Source: Eledone cirrhosa
Lineage: Eukaryota
DNA length: 64,000 bases
Assembly: GCA_964016885.1 (NCBI GenBank)
Contig: OZ024741.1
Coordinates: 348,254,001-348,318,000 of the forward strand
Direction of reading: 5' to 3'
Shown: positions 14,287-26,550 of the stretch, in pieces
Layout of the letters: every line of letters starts with the position of its first letter
Numbering within the stretch: position 1 is the first letter of the stretch
The notes under the pieces: generated by a model
What the model saw: only the letters and a program-made list of their open reading frames with translations
Told to the model about the DNA's origin: nothing
Database searches by the model: none
Position numbers and translations under genes: made by a program

Positions 14287-14434
14287 TATATATTCGTGTA
14301 CAGATATGTTTACATACACAATAACAAAATATAAACAAATGTATTTATATCACGAGGCTCGGTAAGGATAAATATATATCAAATATATGAGAACCCTAGA
14401 GCAAATCCCGAGCAACGCCAGGCCATTCTGCTGG
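13430..14434 (+). mobile_element. Non-autonomous Helitron
   Basis: A|TCTATATAT 5' end followed by (GTCT)n and CAACCGATT...CAAACT. 3' imperfect hairpin CCCGAGCAACGCCAGG then CTGG|T (CTRR), inserted in AT with no TSD. Internal repeats GAAGATCCCGTTA(A/T)GGGTGAAAGCAGC x3. Confidence 0.75.
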
Positions 14435-14451
14435 TATTATATTATTAATTC

Positions 14452-14645
14452 CGGGCGGTGGATTGGCAGTATCGGTAGAAGGTCGGACGCCATGTTTTCC
14501 AGCATAGTTACGTCCCTTTACGATCTGAGTTCAAATCCCGCTGAGGTTGACTTTGTCTTTCATTCTTACGTGGTCGATAAAATAAAGTACCAGTAATGCA
14601 CTGGGTAATTGCTGGCCTTGTGCCTAAAGTAGAAACAATTATATT
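14452..14645 (+). mobile_element. tRNA-derived SINE
   Basis: A box TGGCAGTATCGG, B box GAGTTCAAATCC, conserved core and tail. Confidence 0.88.
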
Positions 14646-14660
14646 ATTAATTCCTAAAAT

Positions 14661-14872
14661 AGGGCGGTGGATTGATTAGCAGTATCCACTAAGCGTCGGA
14701 CATGTTTGGAATCACAGAGTTACGACCCTTTACCTTCTGAGTTCAAATCCCACCGAAATTATCTTTGCCTGTCATCCTTACGGGGTCGATAAAAAAGCAC
14801 CAGTAATACACTGTGTCGATATAATCGACTTTCAAAAATTGCTAGAATGGTGTCTATAGTAGAAATCATTAT
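14661..14872 (+). mobile_element. tRNA-derived SINE (second tandem copy)
   Basis: GGGCGGTGGATTG head, GAGTTCAAATCC, TCATCCTTACGGGGTCGATAAAA core. Confidence 0.8.
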
Positions 14873-15139
14873 GAATTCATTCTACAGACACAAATCTACA
14901 CGTTTTTTTGTTTTAAGTCATTTAATCTACCGAATAATTAGGCTCGAATTTATTAATGGACTCCAGAGAAATTAAGACGATTTGACGGGTGATTTGAACA
15001 CAGAATATAAAACACGGAATAAATTATCCAAGATATTTTGCTCGAGGATTTTCCGAATTTTCGGAAAATGTCTCATTAAAAAAATTATTCCTAAGAGGTT
15101 CTACTGTAAAGAATTAATCAAGCGCAAGAGAAGGTTGAT

Positions 15140-15250
15140 CAAATCTAGCCCAGTACTTGACTGGTACATTCTTTTATCGGGTCCAGAAAAATGATATGTT
15201 TAAAAGACTCCAGCGTGATTTGAACTCATGCCTTAAAATGACATAACTAA
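15140..15250 (-). mobile_element. Degenerate SINE fragment
   Basis: CCCAGTACTTGACTGGTAC...TTTTATCG...GATTTGAACTC is the reverse complement of the SINE core and B box. Confidence 0.5.
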
Positions 15251-15489
15251 AGACAGCTGATGTGCTTTTATTCATCGCAATGTGGATCTCAGCTATACTA
15301 ATAAGTAAGCAAACAGAATTATTAGTGCAATATTAAAAAATAACTGGAAAATCAAATGAAAGATTTTCCTGACACAGAATATTTTTCTAGAAACAATAAC
15401 GTTAAATGTATACAGGGACAAAAAGGAATTCCCAGTGTTTAAAAGACAAAAGTAAAAGAAAGGATGAAAACACACCTCGAAAATTCACA

Positions 15490-18400
15490 AAGATAACAAA
15501 AGTGATAGCAAGGTGTCGAGATGTTTCTTGAAGACATCCACCTCCACACCATGCAGATCTCTCAGATCCCTCGGCATCTTGTTGAAGAGTCGAGGGCCAT
15601 TGAATCCCAGGCTATTGCAATATCTGCTCCTTATTCTAGATGTGGAATACTGGACCTTTGCCAGCACACAGTGACGTCCTGTTCGACGGTTGGTCTAGCT
15701 CCCAATGCCAAAGTTTGGTGCTAGTCCCTCCAGGATTTTCTACATGTAGATCACTGCGTATCTCTCCCGTCTTCGTTCCAAGGAGTAGAGGTTCAGTTCT
15801 TTTAGCCTCTCCCATTAGCTTATCTCCTTCATCGTCGCAATCCTCTTGGTGTAGCTTCGGTGGATTGCCTCAAGCTCCGTGGTTAGTTTGACACTATAGG
15901 GTGACCACAACTGGGAGCAATATTCCAGGCGGCTTAGGACAAATGTCCTCCATAGTGTCAACATGGTTTTCTCGGTTTCTTGTCTGGAAAGTCCTCAAGA
16001 TCCATCCAGCGAGTAGTCTGCACATTGTCGCCACTTCCATAATGTGTGAGGAAAAAGATGCATCATCGCTCATGTCTATGCCCAGGTCTCGTATCGATTT
16101 TGACACGGGGATATCGGTCCCTCCTGGTCCTGCGTAACTGGTTTGTACTGTATTTGTGTTTGCAGGTTTGTATTATAGGGCTTGGAATTTGCCAGCATTA
16201 AACTGCATGTTGTTGTCTTCCTCCAATTTGTATATGGCATCCAGATCTTGTTGTAAAGGGCAGCGTCAGCCGGGTTTTGATTGCCTGTGCTACCTTACTG
16301 TCATGAGCATAGCTAGTGAGTGATGTTCTTGTATGTACTACAGAATGCATGTCTGAGAGAGCCACCAAAAACATTAGTGGTCCCAGGACTGTGCCTTGGG
16401 GCACCCCACTTGTTAGTGATGTTTCCTTTGAGAGGGCCCCGTTTGCTGCGACTGTCTGGCTTCTGTCCTTTAAGAAGTCATGCAGCCACTCACCTACTTT
16501 TGCAGTTATGCTGAGTTCGTGTAGTTTGTGACATATCATACCGTGGCCGACCTTGTCAAAGGCCTTCGCAAATCAAGATATATCATGCCCACATGTAAGC
16601 TGTCTAGCAGTTGCTTCAGTAACCAGTCGTAGTGATGTAGCAGCTGTGTAAGGCAGCTTCTTCCTGGGCGGAAGCCATGCTGCGTGCTAGTTAGGCGGTC
16701 ATTTTCCTCGAGGAAAGTGACCAGTTTCTTTCTGACGACTCGCTCCATGACCTTACTGATATGCGACGACAGGGAGACTGGCCTATAATTTTTGGCCTCC
16801 GCTCTGTTACCTCCTTTATGTATACGGCATATTGTGCCTTCTTTCAGATTCCTGGGTAGTATACCGCTAGCCAAAGAGCTTGTGAAGAGCGTCTTCAGTG
16901 GAGTTGCTAAGGCCCGCTTACATGTTTTAAAGACGACTGCTGGGAATCCATCAGGTCCAGCAGCTGAGTCTGTTCTAATTTCATATATTGCGTATACCAC
17001 ATCCTCCTCCGTTATGTCTATGTGGTTGATGGTCGCCATGTCTTCCTGTAGTGTTGTGGCATCAAAGAACTCCTCTGGCTTTGTTATTTGCATGTGCCTC
17101 AATGGACATGTGAACACACTTTTGTACTTTTCGTTCAGTATTTCACATATCTCTTGGGGATTCTCTGTTAGTGAACCGTCTGTATGGAAGAGTGACCGAA
17201 TCTTTCAGTGTACCGAGGCAGTTTCTTTTGCAAATTTTAAGAAGGCCTTAGGGTTTGATTTAATATTTTCTATGGCCCTGCTTTCTTTGCCCTCTCATTT
17301 TCATGGGAATGTTTGAGTGCAATATCGGTGTCAAGTAGTGCACGTTTCAAATAGGATGTCTTCTTGTTTTTGTTTTCTTGTTGTGCATTCAACTGGTTTC
17401 AGAGCTTGGTTCTACGTCTCATAAGGATTTCCCTATCTCTGGGAATAAGATTGTTGTGTCTGTTTGCCTTTTTCTCCGGGACAAACTTTTTGCATATAGT
17501 GTGTATCATTGTCATGAAGTGTTGAAATTGTGTGTTGGTGTCTTGTGTGGCGGTGTTTTCGCTACATATTTGCTTCCGGATTTCTCTCTTGATCTTTTTC
17601 CAGTTAATCTTGTAGAAGTTAAGGCTGGATAACGTCCCGGTGCTTCTTGATGGTTGTGTCTCTGTTGGTTCTCTCGGACCACATATCATTAGTTCTACTA
17701 AGTTATGATCCGAGAGAATTGTTGGTGTCACCTTTACATTGTGGATGAGCACCTCGTTGTTTGTAAAACAGGTCCAAGACATGTTCGCCTCTTGTTGGGA
17801 GGAGTACTGCTTGTTCCATGAACAGCCTGTGTGTGAGGGCCAGCAGGGACTCCGCCTGTCTCTGTTCTATTGGCGTCACTCCAGTAAGGGGGTGGCCCTC
17901 AGGCCATTTGACCTTTGGCAGGTGAAGTGTCCCAGCAGTGGAATGTTGAGACCCTGGTCCAGTTTGTCAAGGACCTCTTCTATCCTACTGAGGCTATCCT
18001 CAAATTTACCCTCACCAATGGGGGCATCGGGCGGCCGATATGTGACACATATTACTGTCTTTAGTTGCTTCATATGTACTATCAGTATGTCACAGACTAA
18101 GTTTGCATGCGTCAACAGTACAATTGGTGTGACGCATATACAGAGCAACCCCACCATGAGTTCTCTCCTTCCTGTCCGAACGAAATACAGTATATTTCGG
18201 TGTATGTATTTTTGCATCTACTATACTGCTTGTCAGGTGTGTTTCGGTTAGTACCATGCAAAATACTTGATTGCTTCTGGCTAAGTCTCCCAGGTTGGAA
18301 ATGTTACTCATGTTAGTGAGTTTCACCAGGCCTCTGACATTCAGCAGTAGCACTGGTGAGACTTTTGGGGTGCCATCAATGGCTGTCGGTATGATACCTG

Positions 18401-19235
18401 GCCTGGTGTCAGCGGCGGCCACTCTGGGTCACTTAATTGTGGTGGTCTCGAGTGCTGGTGTGGGCGACCCTGGCTCTGAAAACGATGTAGCCATGTCAGC
18501 TGTCCCACAATTTTCTCTGCCATCACTAAAAAATGTTTCTGCTCTGCTGCTGCCATCTGTATCTCGTCGGCATGTGCGTGCCCTCTCCTTGGTGGAGCGG
18601 CACGCGCGATATCAGCATACTTCTCGAGCGGCTTCTTTTGGCTCTGGCTGGGGCATGTTGCGCGAGTATGATGGGCATAGTTCGCTTGGGGTCTGGGGTG
18701 AGCGAATCTGCAGCCCATCCCTGTCTCTCCATGCCAGCAGGTCGCGTTCCTGAAGAACTTGCACATTACCTGGTCTTTCTTGCTCCCAGTGTCTCGGTGC
18801 TTTCTGTTCTTCCTTTGGACAGTTTTCCACTTGTCCCTCTCCAATTGGTTCTCCTTCGGAAGGTGATTTCGCTTCTTACCTTTACCGTTTGCTTGTTGGT
18901 TGCCCGGCCTGCCCTCCCTGACTGGCGGCGGGTATCTCATTTTCTTTCAGGTCCGTGCTCGTGCTTTCTCACTTTTCTTTTTAATTTCCTCTCTCTTTCA
19001 ACCCGTTTTATTCCTCCTTGAGTGCACGGCTTAGCATCACCACATGTGGCGCTATGGGGTCATAGACCTTCTCGATTTCTTTTATTTTTCTTTATATCTG
19101 CGCCAGAGTCCTCAGGAAGCCATGGTTCCTCAGGGTCTCTGCAATCATTTTGCTTGGTGGTGACCCTCAGCCAGGCTCCACCCTTTGATCAAAACCGCTA
19201 GTTCGATCTTTGACTAGTTGCGCTGGCTATTAATT
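15490..19235 (-). mobile_element. Decayed near full-length CR1-group LINE (ORF1 plus APE-RT ORF2)
   Basis: APE: LLNVRGL, LTETHL, SDRKERTHGGVALY, YRPP, SDHNLV. RT: AAGPDGF, NYRPVSL, QHGFRPGRSC, YLD, SGVPQGTVLGPLMF, YAHD (from YADD), RDLGIDMSDD, GPRLFN. Many frameshifts. 5' side abuts a GA-rich tract. Confidence 0.9.
18341..18940 (-). pseudogene. LINE ORF1 remnant with CCCH zinc finger
   Basis: CKFFRNATCWHGETGMGCRFAHP (C-x7-C-x8-C-x3-H) in a basic K/R-rich ORF immediately upstream of the APE domain. Confidence 0.65.
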
Positions 19236-19269
19236 TCACCTTTTCCCTGCATGCCGTTCATTTCGCTGT

Positions 19270-19454
19270 AGAGCAGAGAGAGAGATAGATAGCGGGAAGG
19301 GTAGGGAAAAGGTTAGAGAGGGAAAAAGAGAGTGAGAAAGAGATAAGTCCAATGAGGAATTCAAGGTGAGATTTAGAGGGGAAGAGAGAGAGATAGAGAG
19401 AGAGACAGAGAGCGTGTGCGATCTAGAAAAATTCAAGGTGCGATTTAGAGGGGA

Positions 19455-19530
<76 letters not shown>

Positions 19531-19575
19531 TGCGATCTAGAGAGAGAGATAGAGAGAAAAAAAGAAAGAGAGAGC
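19270..19575. repeat. (GA)n microsatellite and GA-rich tract with short duplication
   Basis: Pure (GA)n at ~19463-19526; AATTCAAGGTG(A/C)GATTTAGAGGGGAAGAGAG duplicated. Confidence 0.9.
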
Positions 19576-20454
19576 CAGCGTCAAAGATAGCAGCGTATAC
19601 TTGAAACGGTCAAAGACAACCTTAAATATCAATGATTAATATCGTTCGAAAAACAATAATATTTCGTGGTTAAAAGACCAAAACAAAGTGAAAACATATG
19701 ATATCATGAAATATAAAAGGAGAGGAGAGGAGACAAAATAAATAAATTAAAATAAGTTAATGAACCCCAAATAAGTTAAAATTATAGAATAGCGAGGGAT
19801 TTATATATGTTGCTTTTAACTGCAGGTATCGGTTTGTTTACAAATATAAACAAAGGACACCGTATATATATCGTGAAACGTAGTTATCACAATATCAATA
19901 TATCAAAAACAATAACAAATATATATGCTCACTGAGTTAAAAATAAAAATAAAATTGTATTAAATTATATTAAATCACGTCACACAAAATAAAATAAAAT
20001 AAAATAAAATTAAATTAAAACTAGATTACGTTACTTAACTAGCTTTCTATATTCTATAAGGCAGACAAAGAGAGCACGTGTATGTGTCCCGTTTTTTAGA
20101 AGAGTATATCAAACAGCGAAAATAAATAAACCCATTAAAAACGCTAACATACGTAAAATAATAGCGTCAAAATATAGATACTCATCTGGTCCAGATGTTT
20201 TTTGTTAATTTTGAAGGGTTAGTAAAGTTATAACTTCCGTATATTATAATTCAATATATATATTTATTTAGGTTTGTTGGGTCACCATAGGATAGAACTG
20301 GTCATTCCGTATGGTCAACCTCCATGTAATATTATGGAGAGCACTCAACGTAATGCAACTCACCCGTCTTCGTTTGTGTAGTTGGTGGCGCGAGTACGGA
20401 GTTAATTATTATAAAATAACAGGAGGCTGGACTGGTGTAATTTCTTAAAAGGAT

Positions 20455-20514
20455 TATGCTATGATCATTTCAATGACCGGGTTCACTATGAATCCGATGA
20501 CATCATCAGGTATT
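20455..20514 (-). ncRNA. Decayed hammerhead ribozyme motif in a probable solo pLTR remnant
   Basis: Minus strand UAC CUGAUGA ..UCGGAUUCA-UAG-UGAACCCGG.. GAAAUGAUC AUA. Two CpG-type transitions away from GAAACGAUC GUA, which would restore stem I UAC/GUA. The base of stem II pairs poorly. Confidence 0.4.
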
Positions 20515-20659
20515 CGAAATATAACAAAGGAATATAATAGACAAAATCCATGGGGCTGAAAAATCAGAGACATGAGGGCGGCCGAACACTTAGCAACTTC
20601 TACCCCGGTCGTCCGCCCTCAAGTAATGATTATATATATATATATATATATAAATATAT

Positions 20660-23220
20660 ATTTCGTTTCTGAATTTGTTTAGCAAGATTCTTTATCTGAA
20701 AACGTGTGTTGAAACCGATATTGTTATACTTTGGGAGGGTCATGTTGCCAATAAGAAACACACGCACCAGCTGTTTCACTTCAATTTATTATAATAAATT
20801 TATAAATTTATGAATTTATAAATTTCCGGTTGGTTGGTTGGTTTCACAACCAGATGGTTGTTTATATATTGTCAAAGTTATTTCGTCACACATCCTGTGA
20901 CCTCTTCAGTGACTGGGGATTATTTTCTTTGTTTTTGTGCCTCTCCTTTGTTCTGTCCTACGCCATCTTGTTTCTGTGTGTGTGTTGTGTGCTCAGTCTG
21001 CGCATGCACCACATCCGGGTGTTTGTGTGTGTTTATATTCGTTTATTTATTTGTTTATTTACATGTTACTGGTTGGTTTTTTGTTCTATGTGCGTGTGTG
21101 TTTTCATTTTGTCCTTAATTGTAAGTTGTGATGTTGCTGTTCCACTCATGTTTTCTATTTAATTTTGGTTGGAGTTCATTTATGTTTATTGCCTCTGTGA
21201 TTTGTCTAAACATTGCGTCTTTTTTGTGTGTAGATTCTATTTTTATTTCTATTTTCTCTAATTTACCCTTATGTTCTATTTTAGCATGTTGGTAGAGTAC
21301 AGATGATTCTTTACTATCTTGAAGGTCTCGCCAGTGTTCATTTATCCTTTCCCCTACACTACGAGCTGTCTCACCTATGTACAGTATATTTTTATCTCTA
21401 CATTGTCCTTCAGTACATCTCATGCTATATACTATATTTCTAGTTTTACAGTTAATATGGGGGCTTAATTTACAGGTTGTACATTTCTTATCTATACAGC
21501 GGGTCTTTGAAAAGTGTATGTCTTGCTAATAAGTGTTTTTATGGAGGTACCTGGTCTTTCTACTATCTTAATATTGAGTTTATGTTTATCTAGGGCCCTT
21601 CTAAATTTGTAAGTTAATTCACCTCTAGGGGTTGTATCGATGAACATTACACTCTGGTATTTATTGCTATCATACCATGAGTTTAGTCTATTAGCCTTAT
21701 TCCTAGTTCTTTCTATTTTATTCCAAAATTTGCTCCTAGACAAGGGGCAGGTCCCATTTATGTCATTATTTACCATTTTTTCCCATTTGGTTCTGGCTCC
21801 TCTATACACTCTGATTTTATCTCTCTGATTGTAACCAGAGAACTGCATACGGTGGATGAAGTATTGTATGTGTCTCTCTAGTTCTTTGGGGTTTCACATG
21901 CGGGACACGTTTCTCATCACCCGTACCAAATCCGCAATCAGTATGTTGATTTTGGTATGGTCCGAAACAGCTGAGTTTCGGTGGATCAGATATATGGAAG
22001 TCATGGGTTTGGCATAATGGGAATGGAGGATTTGTTTTGTGTTATTAATGGTATATAACCATAACTCTGTGTCTAGTACAGGTAATCGATGGTTGGGGTG
22101 TTTGCTTGGGTAGTCTATAGTAATTCTAATACTCTGGTGGGTGGAGTTTGCTACTTGCTGGATGCTTTCCATTGTGTTTTTCTCTAATTCCTGACTATTC
22201 TCTAGTGGGTGGCTGTGTGTATGTGTGTGTGTGGGAGGGGGTTAACTACGATGTTTATATCATCAACGTATCGGGAGTACATTATCATGGTTAAGGGGTC
22301 TTCTAATTGTTTTTAAGTTTAAGTTTAAGTCTACTGTCCCACCATACCATGAATAAGTTAGCTATGTCTCCTGCAATGCTAACACCAATGGCTGCTGCTT
22401 CCTCTTGGGCATATGTTTTTCCATTAAATTTGAACATATGTTCCTTAAGGGTTAATTTTATTCTGGCCCCCACCGGATATGCAATCATTTTCTTTAGTTC
22501 ATCGTGGTTTTCAGGTCCACCCGTTCCATCTATCTGTGTGGGTTTTCTTGGCCATTAAGGTAATGGTAGGTGGTCTGCCTCTTGCTGGTCTTGTAGGGCA
22601 CAGGTTGCTAAGATCATATGTGTCTAGATAATTATTACTATAATAAATTTAAGTAGGAGTCCCAACTCACTTGTATCAATCCAACGGAACTCAACATTGC
22701 TCTCACTGATCATTTCTACGTATTTCTCCACAGCAAAATCCACGTCAATAGATGGATACAGGGACACAACATCCATACTACCTATTACGCAGTTTGTTAG
22801 GTCCCTAGATCGGTTACTCTCGCCGATTCTGCTGAGGAGATCTTCCGTGCTATCACACACATCAGGGGACATTTCAATGATGGGGCGTATGATCAGGGAG
22901 AGGAAGTAGGACAGTCTGTAGTCACTAGCAATGTTAGCTCCACAGACAGGCCGTGTTGGTGGTCCCGTGACAGGGTCACTGCCCGTTTTCTGTTCTTTTC
23001 GAAGCCCATACAACGCTGGCACGTCATTGTTCCAGGCCTGGAAGTTGTTGGCAGTCCTTTTGTTGGGCTGCATTATATTTGTCCACATCACCATATGGGG
23101 ATTGAGGGCTTTTTCTCTATCCTCATGCTCTTGGGATGTTACTTCTCTTGTATTAGTGATGTGGGGTTGCATTGCCTGGATGTAGTTTGGCAGACTGTCA
23201 ACCGACATTCTGCCAGACTT
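20660..23220 (-). mobile_element. 5'-truncated Penelope-like element (Naiad-like), decayed RT plus GIY-YIG plus HHR-bearing 3' pLTR
   Basis: PALYGLRKEQK, PTRPVCGAN, GSMDVVSLYPSI, AIGVSIAGDIANLFMVWWD, YSRYVDD (~22255-22280), LPVLDTELW, HYAKPM, MQFSGY, TPRGEL, KIVERPG, CTTC, IVYSMRC, YIGETAR, RINEH, RQITEAINI, LNRKHEW. Flanked by (TA)n. Confidence 0.9.
20871..20913 (-). ncRNA. Minimal type I hammerhead ribozyme motif
   Basis: GUCA CUGAAGA G GUCACA-GGAUG-UGUGAC GAAA UAAC UU UGAC. Confidence 0.7.
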
Positions 23221-23368
23221 TATATATATATATATGAATATATATAAATTTATATATGGTTTAATTGATTTTTTGTGGTTAACTATGCTAATTGGGAGAG
23301 GAAATGGTGTATATGTATTATCAAATGATTCTATGGACATACTTTATAGTATATATATATATATATAT

Positions 23369-23960
23369 ATTGGTAAACGGAATAGAAAATGCTGACAAAT
23401 TGTTCACAGTTGAAAAATGGTTTAATTAGGAATAAAAGAGTATTAGTGATTGTATGGGTTAGTATTCAGTTGTGGTTTTAAGTTTTTAAGTTATTACCGG
23501 TTGCGCATTTCTAAATGCTTTTACAAAATAATTTTGAGATAGAGTGTCCGTGTTGTTTGCTCTGATCTGATTAGTTTTGGGAATTCTATCTGTTTTCATG
23601 TTAAAAAAGTGGCTCCAGCGTTACTTTGGTGTTTCAAAAATTCTTGTGGTCAAAACAATTTTGATTGGTCGGTAGAGGTCATGTGAATGTAAACAATTGA
23701 TTTTGCGCCAAGACTGTTTTTATGTTAAAAAAGTGGCTCCAGCGCTATTTTGTTTGCAAAAAATCTTGTGGTCAAAACAATTTTGATTGGTCGGTAGAGG
23801 TCATGTGAATAAAAAATTGGTTTTGCGCCAAGATTGAGAAATGACTCTTTCACAACAAATATCTGTGTGTGTGTGTGTGTAGTAGTAGTAAGGTGTTCGA
23901 TGTTGTGATAAAGGTTAGCAGGGATGTGTGTCAAATGGCTATTAAGATAAGTGTGTGTGT
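23369..23960 (+). repeat. Left arm of ~590-bp inverted repeat (contains ~123-bp internal tandem duplication)
   Basis: ATTGGTAAACGGAATAGAAAATG...GTCAAATGGCTATTAAGATAAGTGTG is the near-identical reverse complement of 25963-26550. Confidence 0.93.
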
Positions 23961-23973
23961 GTGTGTCTGTGTG

Positions 23974-24049
<76 letters not shown>

Positions 24050-24370
24050 GCAGAGTAATTCGTGGTAGCAGGGATGGTCAGTAAGAATGTGTCTGTATTT
24101 TTCAGCTTTTGTCTTATACGGATAAGTGCGTGTGTGTGTGTGTGTGTGTATAAGTCTCTTTGTATGTTAATGTACGCGTGTGTATGTGTGTGTGTATATA
24201 TATGTGTGTGTGTGTGTGTGTGTGGGTGGACCAGTATTTTTTTCCCCCTGGTAAAATGGTGTACATTATTCGATTTTCAGTAAAATCGGTTCTCTTAATA
24301 GAACATCAAAAATCTTAACAATAAAAGGTGTGAAATGATATTCACTACATATATATACACATACATATAT

Positions 24371-24429
<59 letters not shown>

Positions 24430-24434
<5 letters not shown>

Positions 24435-25962
24435 TTTTTCTGTGTTGCACCATAGAGCATGTGTGTTTACGTGTGTCATTGTGTTTATATGTAGGTGGAG
24501 ATGTGTGCTGATGTAGGTATGTATGTTAACGTGTGTATGTTGTGGGTTCGTCTTAGGGAGCAGTGTTTAGACGGGGTCCGTATTTGTTAATGAAGTAAGA
24601 TTCCTTGCTGATGCGCTGGGTGTGGGTGGCATTATCTTTAAATTTGTAGAGGGGAAAGATTCTGAAGTTGGTATGATTTTGGGCGGCACAGGTATCAATG
24701 TGTTCACTCAGTGGTATTTTCCTGTATTCCCGTATTTTAATTTGGGATCTATGGACAGTCATGCGTTGGGGGAGGCTGTTTTTAGTCTGGCCTATGTATT
24801 GTTCTCGACAACCTGAGCAAGTTAATACATATATTAGATTTTCCGATGCACATGTGAAATTGTGTTTTACTATAAAACGTTGTCCATCTTTGAAATAGAA
24901 TTCCGAACCCTCTATTAGGTTGATGCAAATGCCACAGTTGGGTCTATCGCATTTTTTTACTGTGGGTTTCGTTGTTGTGGTTGGCAGTACTTTGGCATGT
25001 GTTAGGATGTTTTTCATTGACTTGGATTGTCCTTTGCTCTTTATGATATCGTGTGTTCGTAGAATTTGGTTCATTCTATGGTCCTTTTTCAACACAGGGA
25101 TGTTCTGGAGGATGGTGTCAAAGGCCTCATTGTTGAGAGGGTTGTGTGTGGAGATGTATGGAAGAGCTTTTAGTTTCGGTTGATTTACTTTAGGGTGTCT
25201 AAGGTCCTGGGTACTGAGTTTTAGGGCACCATGGATTCCATTGTCAATTAGTGATGCAGGGTAGTCCCTGCCTATGAATGTGTGCTTTAGTTCTTGTAGC
25301 CGTAAGTAGCAGATGTTTTTATTGGAGACTATAGTAGAGATTCTCTTGGCTAAGTTGTAGGGAATATTAATTTTAACGTGTCTAGGGTGGCAAGAGTTGA
25401 AGGGGAGATATTGCTTGGAGTCTGTGGGCTTGTAGTATATGTCTGTTTCTATTTTTTTGTTATGGATCGTAATGAGGATTTCGAGGAAGGGGAGTTGTTG
25501 ATGGCTGTATTCCACCGTGAAGTTAATATTCGTGTTGAGCCCATTTATAAGGGTGTGAAATTCTTTAAGTTTTTCGATGTTTTCGTGCCAAAGGATGAAG
25601 CAGTCATCTAGATATCGCTTCCAGTTCCTTTCAATGTGTAAGTGGAGGGTGTTTCCAAATTTGTTTAGGACTTTAGTGTAGAGGGTGATTTCCAGGAATC
25701 CCATGACTAGGTTGGCATAAGTGGGGGCTGTTTTCGTTCCCATAGCGGTCCCAGATTTCTGCCTGTAGGGTTTGTTATTGAAAACGAAGTAATTGTTCTC
25801 TAAGATAAATTTGAGTCCCTCTATCACGAATTCTTTTTTGATGCGTTGTGGGAGTTCGTTGTGGAAATTATCCAGCCAGAATTGGATAGCTTCTATTCCT
25901 AGGTTGTGGGGGATATTGGAGTATAGGTTGACTACATCGAACGTCACTAGTAGGGTTTGTTC
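24430..25962 (-). mobile_element. 5'-truncated Penelope-like element (Neptune-like)
   Basis: Uninterrupted RT-EN ORF plus short 3' region ending at (TA)n; 5' truncation is at the inner edge of the right inverted-repeat arm. Confidence 0.9.
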
Positions 25963-25968
25963 ACACAC
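24553..25968 (-). CDS. PLE RT plus GIY-YIG endonuclease polyprotein, 5'-partial but stop-free (471 aa)
   Basis: FDVVNLYSNI, QKSGTAMGTKTAPTYANL, WKRYLDDCF, PFLEI, YYKPTD, SCHP, linker CDRPNCGIC, LIYVLTCSGC, YIGQT, RMTVH, PLSEH, ESYFINKYGPRLN. Confidence 0.9.
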   Translation of the reverse strand: MCEQTLLVTFDVVNLYSNIPHNLGIEAIQFWLDNFHNELPQRIKKEFVIEGLKFILENNYFVFNNKPYRQKSGTAMGTKTAPTYANLVMGFLEITLYTKVLNKFGNTLHLHIERNWKRYLDDCFILWHENIEKLKEFHTLINGLNTNINFTVEYSHQQLPFLEILITIHNKKIETDIYYKPTDSKQYLPFNSCHPRHVKINIPYNLAKRISTIVSNKNICYLRLQELKHTFIGRDYPASLIDNGIHGALKLSTQDLRHPKVNQPKLKALPYISTHNPLNNEAFDTILQNIPVLKKDHRMNQILRTHDIIKSKGQSKSMKNILTHAKVLPTTTTKPTVKKCDRPNCGICINLIEGSEFYFKDGQRFIVKHNFTCASENLIYVLTCSGCREQYIGQTKNSLPQRMTVHRSQIKIREYRKIPLSEHIDTCAAQNHTNFRIFPLYKFKDNATHTQRISKESYFINKYGPRLNTAP

Positions 25969-26550
25969 TTATCTTAATAGCCATTTGACACACATCCCTG
26001 CTAACCATTATCACAACAGAGAACACCTTACTACTACTACTACATACACACACATATTTGTTGTGAAAGAGTCATTTCTCAATCTTGGCGCAAAACCAAT
26101 TTTTTATTCACATGACCTCTACCGACCAATCAAAATTGTTTTGACCACAAGAATTTTTGCAAACACAAAATAGCGCTGGAGCCACTTTTTTAACATAAAA
26201 ACAGTCTTGGCGCAAAATCAATTTTTTACATTCACATGACCTCTACCGACCATTCAAAATTGTTTTGACCACAAGAATTTTTGCAACACCAAAGTAACGC
26301 TGGAGCCACTTTTTTAACATAAAAACAGGTAGAATTCCCAAAACTAATCAGATCAGAGCAAACAACACGGACACTCTATCTCAAAATTATTTTGTAAAAG
26401 CATTTAGAAATGCGCAACCCGTAAAAACTTAAAAACTTAAAACCACAACTGAATACTAACACAGACAATCACTAATACTCTTTTATTCCTAATTAAACCA
26501 TTTTTCAACTGTGAACAATTTGTCAGCATTTTCTATTCCGTTTACCAATA
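25963..26550 (-). repeat. Right arm of ~590-bp inverted repeat
   Basis: CACACTTATCTTAATAGCCATTTGAC...CATTTTCTATTCCGTTTACCAAT, reverse complement of 23369-23960. Confidence 0.93.

Noticed and set aside
20660-20703. Hairpin followed by GAAAC on the minus strand at the extreme 3' end of the Naiad-like element
   Set aside because: No YUGANRA box and no NUH site in register.
21115-21500. Possible selenocysteine (TGA) recoding, as reported for some Naiad PLEs
   Set aside because: The zinc-ligand cysteines I could read are TGT codons; stops in the 45640-46240 fragment are TAG/TAA decay.
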